From: Ruminococcus sp.
GTDB taxonomy: Bacteria; Bacillota_I; Bacilli_A; RF39; UBA660
DNA length: 64,000 nt
Assembly: GCA_023663235.1 (NCBI GenBank)
Contig: JAMPHW010000001.1
Coordinates: 51,392 to 115,391 of the forward strand
Direction: 5' to 3'
Below the pieces are notes generated by a model. The model worked only from the letters and a program-made list of their open reading frames with translations. It ran no database searches and was not told the origin of the DNA. The translations under genes and the position numbers were made by a program. Of this stretch, positions 9,901 to 20,891 are shown piece by piece; the first letter of the stretch is position 1, and every line of letters starts with the position of its first letter.

Positions 9901-12250
9901 TATCTTGATTAGTTTTTTCAGTTTTATCATAAGTTACAGTTCCTATTGGGGCTATTTTATCTATCCAATCAACTGTTACTTCTTTTATAGCTTTATTTCC
10001 TCTAATATCTACATATTCAAAAGTAAATGAACCATTCTCACTAAAAATATAAGTATTTTTTCCATCATTATTAGTAATTTTTACTCTACTTCTATCAAAA
10101 GTAATCGATACTTCAACATCTTGATTTGTTAATTCTTCTATAGAATAAGTTATTGTAGATTCTACTAAGTTTTCATTAATAGTATTTATTGTAATTGTAG
10201 AAGATCCTATATTTCCAACTTCATCTACAAAATCGAAGGTATATTCACCATTCTTAATATATTCCCTTTTAAGTGGACTTATATTAACAATATAATTGTT
10301 TTCACTATCTGTTAAATAATTACCTTTATCATCAATTATATAACCCTTATCATCTACACTATATCCATCAAGTATATTATTATCTTTATCTAATAAACTA
10401 CCATCTTCATCAAGAGTATAAATGTTACCATTAGTAATTGTTGTGTCTTCACTTGGTGTTAATTCAGTTACAACACTATCAATTATACCATTATCTTCAA
10501 CAACAGGAACAGATGTTACCTCACCTGTAGGAATTGTTTTATCAATCCATGTAACTTCTACTAAAGTACTTCCTATATTTCCAGCTTTATCAACATACTC
10601 AAAAGTAAATTCTCCATTTTCTGTAAATGTATATTCATTTTTACCTTCATTATTAGTTACTGTTACATTTTCTTTATCAAATGTAATTGTCGCTGTTACA
10701 TCTTGATTAGTCTTTTCACTTATATCATAAGTTACTGTTCCTACTGGAACTTCTTTATCAATCCATGTAACTTCTACTAAAGTACTTCCTACATTTCCTG
10801 CTTCATCGACATATTCAAAAGTAAATTCTTCATTTTCTGTAAATGTATATTCGTTTTTACCTTCATTATTAGTTACTGTTGCTCCATTATTATCACTAAG
10901 CAAAATAGTTACAATAACATCTTGATTTGTTAATTCAGTTATATTATATGATATATCTGCAATTGGAGGTATTTTATCTATCCAACCTACTTTTGCTTCC
11001 ATTGTTCCCACATTACCTGCTTCATCAACATATTCAAAAGTAAATTTACCATTCGCTGCAAAAGTATAAGTATCACTACCTTCATTGTTAGTTATTGTTA
11101 CATTTTCTTTATCAAAAGTAATTGTTGCCGTTACATCTTGATTTGTTAGATATTTAGTACTATATGTTATTGTTCCTACTGGTAAAGTTTTATCTATCCA
11201 ACTAACAGTTGCCGTTGCAGATCCTTTATTTCCAGCTTCATCTTCATATTCAAACGTAAATTCTCCATTTTCTTCGAAAACATATGTATTTTTACCACCA
11301 TTATTTGTAATTATAACTCCATTATCATCTTCAAGAGTAATAGTCGCTATAACATCTTTATTTGTTAAACTAGTTCTATCATAAGTTACTGTGGCAACAG
11401 GTGCAGTCTTATCTATCCAATTTACTCTTGCAGTTGCAGTCCCTTTATTTCCATCGCTATCAATAAGATTAAAAGTAAACTCACCATTCTCTGTAAAAGT
11501 ATAAGTATTTCTATTATCGTTATTTTCAACCTCTATATTATCATCAAAAGATATAGTAGCAGTTACATCTTTGTTAGTTACTTCACTTATATCATAAGTT
11601 ATATAACTATTAATATAATTACTAGGAACTAATTTAGCATCAGCAATAGAAGAATGATCTAAAGTAATATCAAAGTAAGGATCAACATATATTTTTAAAT
11701 AATTATACTCTTCTACGTTTACATCTACATCTATTGTTCCTGTCTTTGTTGTAACATTACCAGTTCTTTTTAATACATCCCAAGTTTTACCATCTTTAGA
11801 ACCTGATATTTGGAACCAAACACAAGCAGGACTTTCTAAATCTTGAGATGCATCAATACCTAATTTAGCTATAAATCTTGTATATTTATTAGTATATTTA
11901 GAAATATCATAAACTACTTCTCCTTTAGCATGTATTCCAAGACCTTTAGCATAATATATTCGTTTTCCATTACGATATAAACTAATAGTATCACCATTAA
12001 TATTAGTATCCTTATAAATATAAGGACTACCCCATCCATTATAAGATAATGCATCAATATAATTTAAATCTGATAAATATTTTACTTTACCATATTCTTC
12101 TGCATTAGTCGATAAACTATATGGAGTACCTAAAATACTCTCACTTACATTACCTAAAGTTGGATTATTATATGATATAGTTATATATGATATAATACCA
12201 CATATTAATCCGCCTAAAACAAATACACTTTTACTGTTTTTCATAACCAA
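6929..12250 (-). CDS. Giant surface protein: signal peptide, NPCBM-like carbohydrate-binding domain, about 17 tandem 72-aa Ig-like repeats, Asn-rich linker, C-terminal domain and C-terminal TM anchor
   Basis: NPCBM-like segment GLGIHAKGEVVYDISKYTNKYTRFIAKLGIDASQD. Repeat unit VTWIDKxxPVGTVTYDISEKTNQDVTATITFDKENVTVTNNEGKNEYTFTENGEFTFEYVDEAGNVGSTLVE. C-terminal hydrophobic helix plus KKIKKA; no LPXTG. Confidence 0.8.
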   Translation of the reverse strand: MVMKNSKSVFVLGGLICGIISYITISYNNPTLGNVSESILGTPYSLSTNAEEYGKVKYLSDLNYIDALSYNGWGSPYIYKDTNINGDTISLYRNGKRIYYAKGLGIHAKGEVVYDISKYTNKYTRFIAKLGIDASQDLESPACVWFQISGSKDGKTWDVLKRTGNVTTKTGTIDVDVNVEEYNYLKIYVDPYFDITLDHSSIADAKLVPSNYINSYITYDISEVTNKDVTATISFDDNIEVENNDNRNTYTFTENGEFTFNLIDSDGNKGTATARVNWIDKTAPVATVTYDRTSLTNKDVIATITLEDDNGVIITNNGGKNTYVFEENGEFTFEYEDEAGNKGSATATVSWIDKTLPVGTITYSTKYLTNQDVTATITFDKENVTITNNEGSDTYTFAANGKFTFEYVDEAGNVGTMEAKVGWIDKIPPIADISYNITELTNQDVIVTILLSDNNGATVTNNEGKNEYTFTENEEFTFEYVDEAGNVGSTLVEVTWIDKEVPVGTVTYDISEKTNQDVTATITFDKENVTVTNNEGKNEYTFTENGEFTFEYVDKAGNIGSTLVEVTWIDKTIPTGEVTSVPVVEDNGIIDSVVTELTPSEDTTITNGNIYTLDEDGSLLDKDNNILDGYSVDDKGYIIDDKGNYLTDSENNYIVNISPLKREYIKNGEYTFDFVDEVGNIGSSTITINTINENLVESTITYSIEELTNQDVEVSITFDRSRVKITNNDGKNTYIFSENGSFTFEYVDIRGNKAIKEVTVDWIDKIAPIGTVTYDKTEKTNQDITATITFDKENVTITNNEGKNEYTFTENGEFTFEYVDEAGNVGSTLVEVTWIDKEVPVGTVTYDISEKTNQDVTATITFDKENVTVTNNEGKNEYTFTENGEFAFEYVDEAGNVGSTLVEVTWIDKEAPVAEVTYDKTELTNQDVTATITFDKENVTVTNNEGKLTYTFTENGDFTFEYVDEAGNVGTLDAKVDWIDKVVPVGTVTYNISEKTNQNVTATITFDKENVTVTNNEGKNEYTFTENGEFTFEYVDEAGNTGSTLVEVTWIDKDAPVAEITYDKTELTNQDVTATITFDKENVTITNNEGKNEYTFTENGEFTFEYVDKAGNTGSTLVEVTWIDKDAPVAEITYDKTELTNQDVTATITFNKENVTVTNNEGKLTYTFKENGEFTFEYVDEAGNVGTLDAKVDWIDKVAPTAEIEIVISKETDSVMAILRPNEVVTIINDSDYTSDDAGNLIDSNGNVVDGYKVDSEGNVTDINNNYVMNINPFKHEFIKNGEYTFRYVDAAGNVGETTAIVSVINESPAIATITYDINTSTYDDVVATIEFNRSRVKVTNNNGSNKYTFIKNGEFTFEYEDIRGNKGSITAKVDWIIEDKVIPKIYYSETSLTNQDVTAVIEFDRKNVKITNNNGSNSYTFKDNGEFTFEYEDSKGNKGRATAKVDYIDKINPSASLYYDKSSSNMVLVKVVNPSEEITYEFGNGTYIYTKNGTYPIKFYDKAGNEGIVTAVITSISENSNNNSNSSSESTNKPNTSNNNTNNGSTNKPNTSNNNTNNGSANKPNNSNNTNNESTNNNVSNIDNSTNNNISSNTPNQDNVNNSENTNNDNLSNENDGVREFGNNGIVIKGTGLGKVESLIVQEKILDSSLENELGKECEVFKVAVVDAKNEEIKLKNSSLTIRVSLNPNKEFDSIYMIKNNALIKVTNTKIDNGTIEFRTTSLGDIIIKYKDTNDSVQEKDSDNMIWYIASLGVLTVGLGIAFVRAKKIKKA
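7480..7700. repeat. Asn-rich low-complexity tandem repeat (coding linker)
   Basis: Repeated NKPNTSNNNTNNGST units. They generate spurious shadow ORFs on both strands. Confidence 0.6.
7950..11640. repeat. Array of 216-bp tandem coding repeats (72-aa Ig-like domains), many copies near-identical at nucleotide level
   Basis: The motif ccatgtaacttctactaaagtacttcc recurs every 216 bp (for example 8885 and 9101). Confidence 0.8.
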
Positions 12251-12352
12251 AATCCCCTTTTCTTTTTAATTGGCAACTATTCTAGCACAAAATTACTAAT
12301 TTGTCAAATTTCGTAAAAATCATCAAAAAAGAAAGCCAAAGCTTTCTTAAAA

Positions 12353-15300
12353 TTAATTATTTTTTTTGTATATAACTGCTCCAATACCAACAATTAAAAC
12401 TACACCACTAGCTATAAACCAGAAAATATTATTATTCTTTACTTCATTTTTTTCTAAAGAATCATTATCTTCTTCTGTTGCATCTTTTTCTTTATATTTA
12501 ATAACCACATCACCTAAAGAAGAAGCCTTAAATTGAATAGTATTTTTGTTAACTTTTGTATATTTTATTTTTTCTAAAGCATCGTTTTGAAGCATATAAA
12601 CGCTATCAAATTCTTTTAAAGTATTTAAACTAACTGTTATGGTTAAATCAATATCTTTAATGTCAATAGTTTCTTTATTAGCATTAACAAAACTTAAACC
12701 AAATAATTCACTTTCTTTTCCAAATTCTTTTTCTAAAACTGCATTTAAAGCTTTCTTATTAACTTTAATACTATTAATATTAGCTAAATCTTTCTTTGGA
12801 ACTTTAACTTTAATAGTACCAGAAGTAAATTCTCTATATCCTGAACTATCAACATTATTTGAATTATTATTATTGTTATCTAAATCATTGTTAACTGAAT
12901 CATTATTGTTAGTATCATTTGAATTATTAACATTATTTCCTTGATTATTAGAATTTTGATTGTTATTTACATTATTATTAGTTGTATTGTTAGGGTTATT
13001 GCTACCATGATTAGTATTAGTATTATTATTGTTATTATTGTTACTATTATTTTGATTATTATTAGTATTATCATTCTTATCAGATGTATCATCATTATTA
13101 ACATAGTCCTCAACTAACCAATTAATAAATACTCTTACTGTCCCTATATTACCAGCTTTATCATAGAAATTAATCGTATAAACTCCATTTTTAGTATAAA
13201 TATAAGTTCCACTACCACTCTCAAAAGTAATTTCTTCACTTGGATTAATAACTTTTACTAAAGCAATATTTTTACTTGATTTATCATAAGAAATACTAGC
13301 AGTAGGTGCTTTTTTATCTATCCAATCTACAGTAGCTGTCATTGATCCTTTATTTCCTGAATCATCTATAAATTGGAAAGTAAATGAACCATTTTCTGTA
13401 AATATATACGCATTACTTCCATTATTATTAGTAATTATTACATTCTCTTTATCAAATTCAATAACTGCTGTTACATCTTTATTAGTTAACTCTTTAAAAT
13501 CGTAATAAATCTTAGCAATAGGAAGATCTGAATCTATCCAATCAACCTTAGCAGTTGCAGTTCCTTTATTTCCTGCTCTATCAACAAATTCAAATGTAAA
13601 TTCTCCATTAGCTATAAATTCATATTGGAAAGTATTAATATTTGTAATATAGTTACCGTTAGCATCTGTTACATTACCTTTGTCATCAACTGTATATCCG
13701 TTAAGAATATTGCCATCTTTATCAACTAAATTACCATCAACATCAACACTAAAATCTCCATTATTCGTAACTATGACATCTTCACTAGGTTTTAAAGTTG
13801 CAATTACACTCTTATTAGTTCTATCTGTTGTACTATACTCTATTGTTGCTGTTGGAGCTTCTCTATCAATCCATGTTACTTTAGCTGTTGCTGTTCCAAC
13901 TTGTCCTCTTTTACCATCTATTATTTCTGCAAACTCAAATGTAAATTCTCCATTTTCATAGAAAGTATAAGTATCACTACCATTATTATTAATAATCTCA
14001 ATATCTGTACTAGGATTTATTAATCTTGCTACAACATTTTCTCTAGTTGGCTCTGTTTCACTATAACCTATACTAACTGTTGGAATATATTTTTTAGTAG
14101 TATCTTGATATAAATTAAATTCTCTTGCTGTAAACCAGTTACCATTAGTTCTATCAGCTTTTATTTTAACATATTGAACTAATTTAGAATTTTCTAAATC
14201 AAAGCTCTTTGTATTAGCTATTGCTTGTTCATTTGTATTAACTTGACTTGGACTATAAGTAATTCCTTTTTTCTCTGCTAATAGTTCAAAGTTTTCACCA
14301 TCCATACTTCCATAAATAGTTCCATCAACAATTTTACCATTTCCACCACCAGCAGGAACAAATTCTACCGCTGATAAATATACTGGATTATCTAATTTAA
14401 TTGTAATATAACGTTCTGTATCACTACCATTCCAAGCTGAATGCCATCTTGTATTATAATTACCATCTATTGCATAAGTAGCACTTCCGCCATTATTTAC
14501 AGCTTGTGTTGATACACTATGTATACTTAAATGAGATACTGGAATATATTTTCTTGTATCAGGTTGATTATCTTCTGTAAAAGTAAATGTTCCTGAATCA
14601 CTTGGAATCGCATTACCTGTTGCGCCTACTCTTACATATAACGTTTTATTACCAGTATTATCTGGAGAAGCTACTGCATAAGAAGTCCAAGGATCATTTT
14701 CATTATTTCTCCATTCATAAGTTAAGTTTATCCCTACTACTCTATTTTCTAAATCATTAGCAAATAGAAGGTTTGATAAAGTACCTTTTACAATATCAAT
14801 CGTATAAGCAGGGACATCAAACGCTAAACCATCAATATATATTTGGATATCATCATCAATATTAATCTTTGCTATCTCATCAGGAGTTAACTGTACAGAA
14901 TGTTCAACTGTACCTACAGATTTTGTTTTTCCACCATCTAAACTATAATGCCATTGAATATCTGTAAATGCATCATAAGAACTTGATATAACAATTTTAC
15001 CTGCATTATCACCATCAAAAGAGAATGTAGCTAATTCACCATTAGTTTTTCCTAAAATTATTTGAGCAATTTCACGACATGCTACATCTTGCCAAATATC
15101 ATTTTTTGTTGCTTTATAAGCTCTATTAAGTGCTGCAAATTCTTTTTGATCAATATCTACTCTATGAACACCATTTAAGTATGGTCTTATAACCTTAATT
15201 AAATCATTCATTGCCATTGGATAATAAGTATAACTGTCTATTATGTCTAAAGCTAATTGATACCAATCTGCACTTGTTTTGTTTAAAGCTTTAAACATTT

Positions 15301-17161
15301 GAATTTTATAATCATAACTATCTAAATTAATATCATTTATATTTAAAGATTTATTATATACATCTAGTTTAACTTCATTATCACTATAAGAATTAGCTAT
15401 TAAATTGTAATATAAAGATTTTTTATAAACATCGTAATTATTAAGATTAGCCTGAGCAAGATATGTATATCCTGAACTATTTCCAGCACCTGATGCATTA
15501 ACTGGTTGATTAGTAAAGTATTTATTTGCCCAGTCAAAAATTGTTCTATTTCTATTTCCACCATACCATGTTGTAGAAGTTCTTCCCCAACCAAAGATAT
15601 TACCTGCTATATTCCATGTACCTTTACCTGTACCATCACTATTTTCGGCGATATAATATAACGCACTCTCATGTCCTGGTTGATAAGATCCAATTGATGG
15701 ACGTCCCATATTTAAAAATACACTTTTAATAGTACGCGCTTGATTCCAACAAATTCCACCTTCTTGCATAACCATCCAATATCTCGTTGTATTATCTGCA
15801 AAAGGAACACCATTTTCTGTTAAATGCCACTTTGAGTCATATTTTTCTTTATTTGCTGGATCATAAAGATGTGGTTTTGCACTCATACTATAATTTGGCG
15901 AAACATATTGAACATAAGAATATACGCCTGTAGCATAATTTTTAGCTTTACCAATATAACTTAACCAAACTAATTCATCTGCTCTTGTTCCATCTTGCAT
16001 CATATTACGGAAAAATTCAACATGATACGTTTTCCAACCATTAGCATATAATAACAATCCTTCATCATATTGTTTTTTTATTACTCTAAATCTTTCAATA
16101 TAATCATAACTAGGACTTTTGTGACTAAAAGTGAGTGGTGATGAAACTCTATCAGTTGAATATGCTGCAGCCATACCAATCATCATCTTTTGATATACAT
16201 CACCATTAGTTGTTCTTAAAGAACTTTTATATTCTGTATATAAATCACTTAAAGTATTTATAAATTTAATTGAATCTGCAATTTCTCCAACTTCAATAAT
16301 TTGTTCTAATACTACATTATCACTTAAAATCCAATTAAGAACTTCAACTTTTTTAGGATTAAGATCAACTAAATATTGAATATTTCCAAATCCCATTTTT
16401 CTAACAAATTCTCTTTCAAGAACTAATTTATAATTATTTTTATAATTATAATCTACAGTTTGTTCTTTTAAAATATTATCATAATAAGTTAATTTATTAA
16501 TTTTATCATAAGATCCACCAGTAGCTACATAATTACTTGTAACTAATTTAGCATCAGCAATAACCCCATGATCTGAGGAATTTGCCCCATTTGGATCAAC
16601 ATATATTCTTAAATATTTTTTACCTTGTACATTTAAATCAACATTTATTGCTTCTTGTCCAGGTGTAATTACATCTGTTTTTAATAAAGAAGTCCAATTA
16701 GAACCATCATCTGATACATATATTTGAAACCAAATACTAGCAGTTGATGTTTTTGAAGCATCTATTCCAATTTTAGCATTAAAACGTGTAAAAAGATTAG
16801 AATATTGTGAAAGATCATAAATAACTTGACCTTTAGCATGAAGCCCAATGCCCTTAGCAAAAGGAACTTTTTCACCATCAACTATTAAACGAAGTATACC
16901 TTCATCTTGATTTTTATCTAACTGTATAGGATGCCCAGACCACCCATTATAAGACCAATTATTAGTAGTAATGTATTCTAAATCAGATAAATATATCTTA
17001 TTTGGATCCGATTTAGCTAAAGCTGCTAAATTGTAAACTTCACTACTATAATTACTATTTAAATTTCCATAAGTAATATTAGGATAAAATATAGTTATTA
17101 AAAAAATAATACTACAAATTAATCCTGTTAATATTAAAATTGTTTTATTGTTTTTCTTCAT
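12353..17161 (-). CDS. Giant surface protein: NPCBM domain, central putative catalytic domain (possible Cys/His active site), F5/8-type-C discoidin domain, about 6 Ig-like repeats, Asn-rich linker and C-terminal TM anchor
   Basis: NPCBM-like FAKGIGLHAKGQVIYDLSQYSNLFTRFNAKIGIDAS. Discoidin-like AIDGNYNTRWHSAWNG...YLSAVEFVP. Central segment GGICWNQARTIKSVFLNMGRPSIGSYQPGHESA. Terminal repeats are homologous to those of the neighbouring gene. Confidence 0.8.
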   Translation of the reverse strand: MKKNNKTILILTGLICSIIFLITIFYPNITYGNLNSNYSSEVYNLAALAKSDPNKIYLSDLEYITTNNWSYNGWSGHPIQLDKNQDEGILRLIVDGEKVPFAKGIGLHAKGQVIYDLSQYSNLFTRFNAKIGIDASKTSTASIWFQIYVSDDGSNWTSLLKTDVITPGQEAINVDLNVQGKKYLRIYVDPNGANSSDHGVIADAKLVTSNYVATGGSYDKINKLTYYDNILKEQTVDYNYKNNYKLVLEREFVRKMGFGNIQYLVDLNPKKVEVLNWILSDNVVLEQIIEVGEIADSIKFINTLSDLYTEYKSSLRTTNGDVYQKMMIGMAAAYSTDRVSSPLTFSHKSPSYDYIERFRVIKKQYDEGLLLYANGWKTYHVEFFRNMMQDGTRADELVWLSYIGKAKNYATGVYSYVQYVSPNYSMSAKPHLYDPANKEKYDSKWHLTENGVPFADNTTRYWMVMQEGGICWNQARTIKSVFLNMGRPSIGSYQPGHESALYYIAENSDGTGKGTWNIAGNIFGWGRTSTTWYGGNRNRTIFDWANKYFTNQPVNASGAGNSSGYTYLAQANLNNYDVYKKSLYYNLIANSYSDNEVKLDVYNKSLNINDINLDSYDYKIQMFKALNKTSADWYQLALDIIDSYTYYPMAMNDLIKVIRPYLNGVHRVDIDQKEFAALNRAYKATKNDIWQDVACREIAQIILGKTNGELATFSFDGDNAGKIVISSSYDAFTDIQWHYSLDGGKTKSVGTVEHSVQLTPDEIAKINIDDDIQIYIDGLAFDVPAYTIDIVKGTLSNLLFANDLENRVVGINLTYEWRNNENDPWTSYAVASPDNTGNKTLYVRVGATGNAIPSDSGTFTFTEDNQPDTRKYIPVSHLSIHSVSTQAVNNGGSATYAIDGNYNTRWHSAWNGSDTERYITIKLDNPVYLSAVEFVPAGGGNGKIVDGTIYGSMDGENFELLAEKKGITYSPSQVNTNEQAIANTKSFDLENSKLVQYVKIKADRTNGNWFTAREFNLYQDTTKKYIPTVSIGYSETEPTRENVVARLINPSTDIEIINNNGSDTYTFYENGEFTFEFAEIIDGKRGQVGTATAKVTWIDREAPTATIEYSTTDRTNKSVIATLKPSEDVIVTNNGDFSVDVDGNLVDKDGNILNGYTVDDKGNVTDANGNYITNINTFQYEFIANGEFTFEFVDRAGNKGTATAKVDWIDSDLPIAKIYYDFKELTNKDVTAVIEFDKENVIITNNNGSNAYIFTENGSFTFQFIDDSGNKGSMTATVDWIDKKAPTASISYDKSSKNIALVKVINPSEEITFESGSGTYIYTKNGVYTINFYDKAGNIGTVRVFINWLVEDYVNNDDTSDKNDNTNNNQNNSNNNNNNNTNTNHGSNNPNNTTNNNVNNNQNSNNQGNNVNNSNDTNNNDSVNNDLDNNNNNSNNVDSSGYREFTSGTIKVKVPKKDLANINSIKVNKKALNAVLEKEFGKESELFGLSFVNANKETIDIKDIDLTITVSLNTLKEFDSVYMLQNDALEKIKYTKVNKNTIQFKASSLGDVVIKYKEKDATEEDNDSLEKNEVKNNNIFWFIASGVVLIVGIGAVIYKKNN
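12900..14070. repeat. Tandem Ig-like coding repeats plus Asn-rich linker, homologous to the 7950..11640 array
   Basis: Units VTWIDREAPTATIEYSTTDRTNKSVIATL..., VDWIDSDLPIAKIYYDFKELTNKDVTAVIEFDKENV... Low-complexity N-rich stretch around 12840..13090. Confidence 0.7.
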
Positions 17162-17282
17162 AACAAAATCCCCTTTTCTTTTTTAAATGTTTTCTATTAT
17201 AGCAAATTTTAATTAATTTTGCAAGTTCTAATAAATTTACCCATTTTTCATTAATTAAAAAAACATATTATACCAAAAGACA

Positions 17283-17311
17283 TAAAAAAAGAACCTATTT
17301 CTAGGCTCTTA
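17283..17311 (-). terminator. Terminator downstream of tuf
   Basis: Hairpin agaacctatttctaggctctt (one wobble pair) followed by a T-run on the minus strand. Confidence 0.5.
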
Positions 17312-17318
17312 ATTTTTT

Positions 17319-18485
17319 TTACTCAATAATTTCTGATACTACACCAGCACCAACAGTACGTCCGCCTTCACGAATTGAGAACTTAGTACCATTTTCAAGA
17401 GCAACTGGAGCAATTAATTCAACAGTCATGTCGATATTATCACCAGGCATAACCATTTCTACACCAGCTGGAAGTTCAATAACACCTGTAACATCAGTAG
17501 TTCTAAAGTAGAATTGAGGTCTGTAATTTGAGAAGAATGGAGTATGACGTCCGCCTTCTTCTTTAGAAAGTACATACACACTAGCTTTAAACTTATGATG
17601 AGGAGTAACACTTCCTGGTTTAGCAAGAACTTGTCCACGTTCAACTTCATCACGAGCAACACCACGTAATAATACACCAGCATTATCACCAGCTTGAGCA
17701 AAGTCAAGTGATTTTCTGAACATTTCAATACCAGTAACAACTGTTTTCTTAGTATCTTTAAGTCCAACGATTTCAACTTCATCATTTAGATTTAATGTAC
17801 CACGTTCAACACGTCCTGTAACAACAGTACCACGTCCTGAAATTGTGAATACATCTTCAATACTCATTAAGAATGGTTTATCAGTATCACGAGCTGGAGC
17901 ATCGATATATGAATCAACAGCAGCAATTAAATCACGAATTGATTGAGCAGCAGCCTCATCACCTTCAATAGCTTTTAAAGCTGAACCACGAATTATTGGA
18001 CATTCACTATCAAAATTGTATTCTGATAATAATTCTCTGATTTCCATTTCTACTAAATCTAGTAATTCTGGATCATCAACTTGGTCACACTTATTCATGT
18101 AAACAACAATTTTAGGAACACCAACTTGACGTGATAATAAGATATGCTCTCTTGTTTGTGGCATAGGTCCGTCTGCAGCAGAAACTACAAGGATAGCACC
18201 ATCCATTTGAGCAGCACCAGTAATCATGTTTTTAACATAGTCAGCATGTCCTGGACAGTCAACGTGAGCATAATGACGTTTTTCAGTTTCATACTCAACG
18301 TGAGCTGTATTAATTGTAATACCTCTTTCCCTTTCTTCTGGAGCTTTATCGATATCAGCATAATCAACAAAGTTACCAAAATATTTTGTAATCGCAGCAG
18401 TTAAAGTTGTTTTACCATGGTCAACGTGTCCAATAGTACCAATATTAACATGCTCTTTAGAACGATCAAATTTTTCTCTTGCCAT
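17319..18485 (-). CDS. tuf: Elongation factor Tu
   Basis: [32 protein letters not shown]...; start set at MAREKF with an AAAGGAG RBS. Confidence 0.97.
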   Translation of the reverse strand: MAREKFDRSKEHVNIGTIGHVDHGKTTLTAAITKYFGNFVDYADIDKAPEERERGITINTAHVEYETEKRHYAHVDCPGHADYVKNMITGAAQMDGAILVVSAADGPMPQTREHILLSRQVGVPKIVVYMNKCDQVDDPELLDLVEMEIRELLSEYNFDSECPIIRGSALKAIEGDEAAAQSIRDLIAAVDSYIDAPARDTDKPFLMSIEDVFTISGRGTVVTGRVERGTLNLNDEVEIVGLKDTKKTVVTGIEMFRKSLDFAQAGDNAGVLLRGVARDEVERGQVLAKPGSVTPHHKFKASVYVLSKEEGGRHTPFFSNYRPQFYFRTTDVTGVIELPAGVEMVMPGDNIDMTVELIAPVALENGTKFSIREGGRTVGAGVVSEIIE

Positions 18486-18603
18486 ATTTTTTTCTCCTTT
18501 CAATATATATATATTTTATCTAATGCTTGAACATTTTTCAAGTATTATTTAACTTTAATTGTGCTAAATTTTAATTAACACATTTTGCTTCAAAATTTTA
18601 CTA

Positions 18604-18795
18604 CTATCTAGTATGACTTATTTCGCTTTGTGATTTTCTAGAAACTTTAAGTATCATTAACTTAAGTAAAGAAATTCCATATTTTTCTCTTAAAATATTT
18701 CTTCTTTGTTGGTCTAATGTCTCACGATATCTAGCAGAAAATTCTTCAGCTTTTTTCTTAGTTTCCTCTGATGAAAGACCAGAAGCTTCTATCAT
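18604..18795 (-). CDS. Small hypothetical protein between fusA and tuf
   Basis: 63-aa ORF with a GGGAGA RBS directly after the fusA stop; no recognisable similarity. Confidence 0.3.
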   Translation of the reverse strand: MIEASGLSSEETKKKAEEFSARYRETLDQQRRNILREKYGISLLKLMILKVSRKSQSEISHTR

Positions 18796-18815
18796 AATAA
18801 AATCTCCCTAAATAA

Positions 18816-20888
18816 TTAATTTACACTATTCTTCTTAATTATCTCTTCAGAGATAGATTTAGGAACTTCTTCATAATGATCAAGTGTCATTGTAAAGTTT
18901 CCTCTACCTTGAGTATTTGAACGTAAGCTTGTTGCATACCCAAACATTTCAGCAAGTGGAACCATTGCTTTAATAGATAAAGCATTTCCACGAGATTCTT
19001 GTCCCATAGGTTTACCACGACGACTTGTTAAATCACCCATAACATTACCCATATATTCATCTGGAACAATAACTTCTACACTCATAATAGGTTCTAAAAG
19101 TACTGGTTGACACTTATTCTTAGCTTCTTTTAAAGCCATAGAAGCCGCAATTTTAAATGCCATTTCTGATGAGTCTACATCATGATAAGAACCGTCAAAT
19201 AATGTTGCTTTAACATCAACCATTGGATAACCTGCAAGGATACCACCAGCCATAGCTTCTTGTAATCCTTTATCAGTTACCGGAATATATTCACGAGGAA
19301 CAACTCCACCAACAATTGCATCAACAAATTCATAACCCTTTTCAGGATTAGGTTCAAATTTAACCCAAACATGACCATATTGTCCACGACCACCTGATTG
19401 TTTAATGTATTTACCTTCACAATCAGCAGCTTTCTTAATAGTTTCACGATATGCAACTTGTGGCTTACCACTATTACATTCTACGTTAAACTCTCTACGC
19501 ATACGATCAATTATAATATCTAAGTGTAATTCTCCCATACCAGAAAGTACAGTTTGACCAGTTTCATGATCAGTTTTAACTCTTAAAGTTGGATCTTCTT
19601 CAACTAGTTTTTGTAAAGCTAAAGCCATCTTATCTTGATCATTTTTACTCTTAGGTTCAATAGCTATATCAATAACTGGTTCTGGGAATTCCATACCTTT
19701 CATAATACATGGATTTTTCTCATCACATAACGTATCAGCAGTTGTTGTATTTTTAAGACCTACAGCCGCAGCTATTTCACCAGCATAAACTTCTGTAATT
19801 TCTTTTCTTTGATTAGCATGCATTTGTAAGATACGACCAATTCTTTCTTTTTCTCCTTTAGTAGAATTTAAAACATAAGAACCACTATGTAAAACTCCAG
19901 AGTATACACGGAAGAAAGATAACCTTCCAACATATGGATCAGTCATAATTTTAAATGCTAAAGCTGTAAATGGCTCAGAATCATTTGGATGACGTTTAAC
20001 ATCATTACCATCTTTATCTGTACAATCAATTGCTTCAACATCTAGTGGACTTGGTAAATACTCAACAATTGCATCAAGTAATGGTTTAATACCTTTATTA
20101 CTTAAAGCATCAGCACATAATACTGGGAAGAAATCAACTGATAAAGTAGCTTTTCTAATAGCACTCTTTAATTCTTCTTCTGTAATTTCAGCTCCATCTA
20201 AGTATTTCATCATTAATTCTTCATCATAATCAGCAACTGATTCAATTAATAATGTTCTGTATTCTTCAACTTTGTCTTTCATATCAGCAGGAATTTCAAC
20301 TTCGATAGCATTCTCATGCTCACTTCCGTCAAATTCAATAGCTTTTCTTGTTACTAAGTCTATTACTCCTCTAAATTCGCTTTCAGCTCCAATAGGAAGT
20401 TCAATAGGCGCAGCTTTAGCTCCTAAACGAGATTTAATAGTCTCTAAACTGTAATAGAAATCAGCTCCCATTTTGCCCATTTTATTAGCACAAATCATTC
20501 TTGGAACTTTATATTCATTAGCTTGACGCCATACAGTTTCAGTTTGAGGTTCAACACCAGCTTGAGCATCAATTAAAGCAACAGCTCCATCAAGTACTCT
20601 AAGAGATCTTTGAACTTCAATTGTAAAGTCTACGTGTCCTGGAGTATCAATAATATTTAAACGATATCCTTTCCAGTGAGCAGTTGTAGCCGCACTAGTA
20701 ATTGTGATACCTCTTTCTTTTTCTTGATCCATCCAGTCCATTTGAGATTCTCCATCATGAGTTTCTCCAATTTTATGAGTTATTCCTGTATGGAATAATA
20801 TTCTTTCAGTTGTAGTGGTCTTACCAGCATCAATATGAGCCATAATACCAATATTTCTGATTTTCTCTAAACTAACATCTCTTGCCAT
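18816..20888 (-). CDS. fusA: Elongation factor G
   Basis: [31 protein letters not shown]...; 690 aa. Confidence 0.97.
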   Translation of the reverse strand: MARDVSLEKIRNIGIMAHIDAGKTTTTERILFHTGITHKIGETHDGESQMDWMDQEKERGITITSAATTAHWKGYRLNIIDTPGHVDFTIEVQRSLRVLDGAVALIDAQAGVEPQTETVWRQANEYKVPRMICANKMGKMGADFYYSLETIKSRLGAKAAPIELPIGAESEFRGVIDLVTRKAIEFDGSEHENAIEVEIPADMKDKVEEYRTLLIESVADYDEELMMKYLDGAEITEEELKSAIRKATLSVDFFPVLCADALSNKGIKPLLDAIVEYLPSPLDVEAIDCTDKDGNDVKRHPNDSEPFTALAFKIMTDPYVGRLSFFRVYSGVLHSGSYVLNSTKGEKERIGRILQMHANQRKEITEVYAGEIAAAVGLKNTTTADTLCDEKNPCIMKGMEFPEPVIDIAIEPKSKNDQDKMALALQKLVEEDPTLRVKTDHETGQTVLSGMGELHLDIIIDRMRREFNVECNSGKPQVAYRETIKKAADCEGKYIKQSGGRGQYGHVWVKFEPNPEKGYEFVDAIVGGVVPREYIPVTDKGLQEAMAGGILAGYPMVDVKATLFDGSYHDVDSSEMAFKIAASMALKEAKNKCQPVLLEPIMSVEVIVPDEYMGNVMGDLTSRRGKPMGQESRGNALSIKAMVPLAEMFGYATSLRSNTQGRGNFTMTLDHYEEVPKSISEEIIKKNSVN

Positions 20889-20891
20889 AAA

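Noticed and set aside
10422-13961. ORFs 7501..7698, 7539..7751, 10422..10706, 12639..12944 and 13680..13961 on either strand within the giant genes
   Set aside because: They overlap the repeat-encoding giant CDSs in other frames, are low-complexity (L/V/S/T-rich) and show no RBS or independent support.
17459-20454. ORFs 17459..17785, 18144..18404, 19277..19471 and 20272..20454 inside tuf and fusA
   Set aside because: They are embedded in highly conserved EF-Tu and EF-G coding sequence on the opposite strand or in an alternate frame, so they are spurious.
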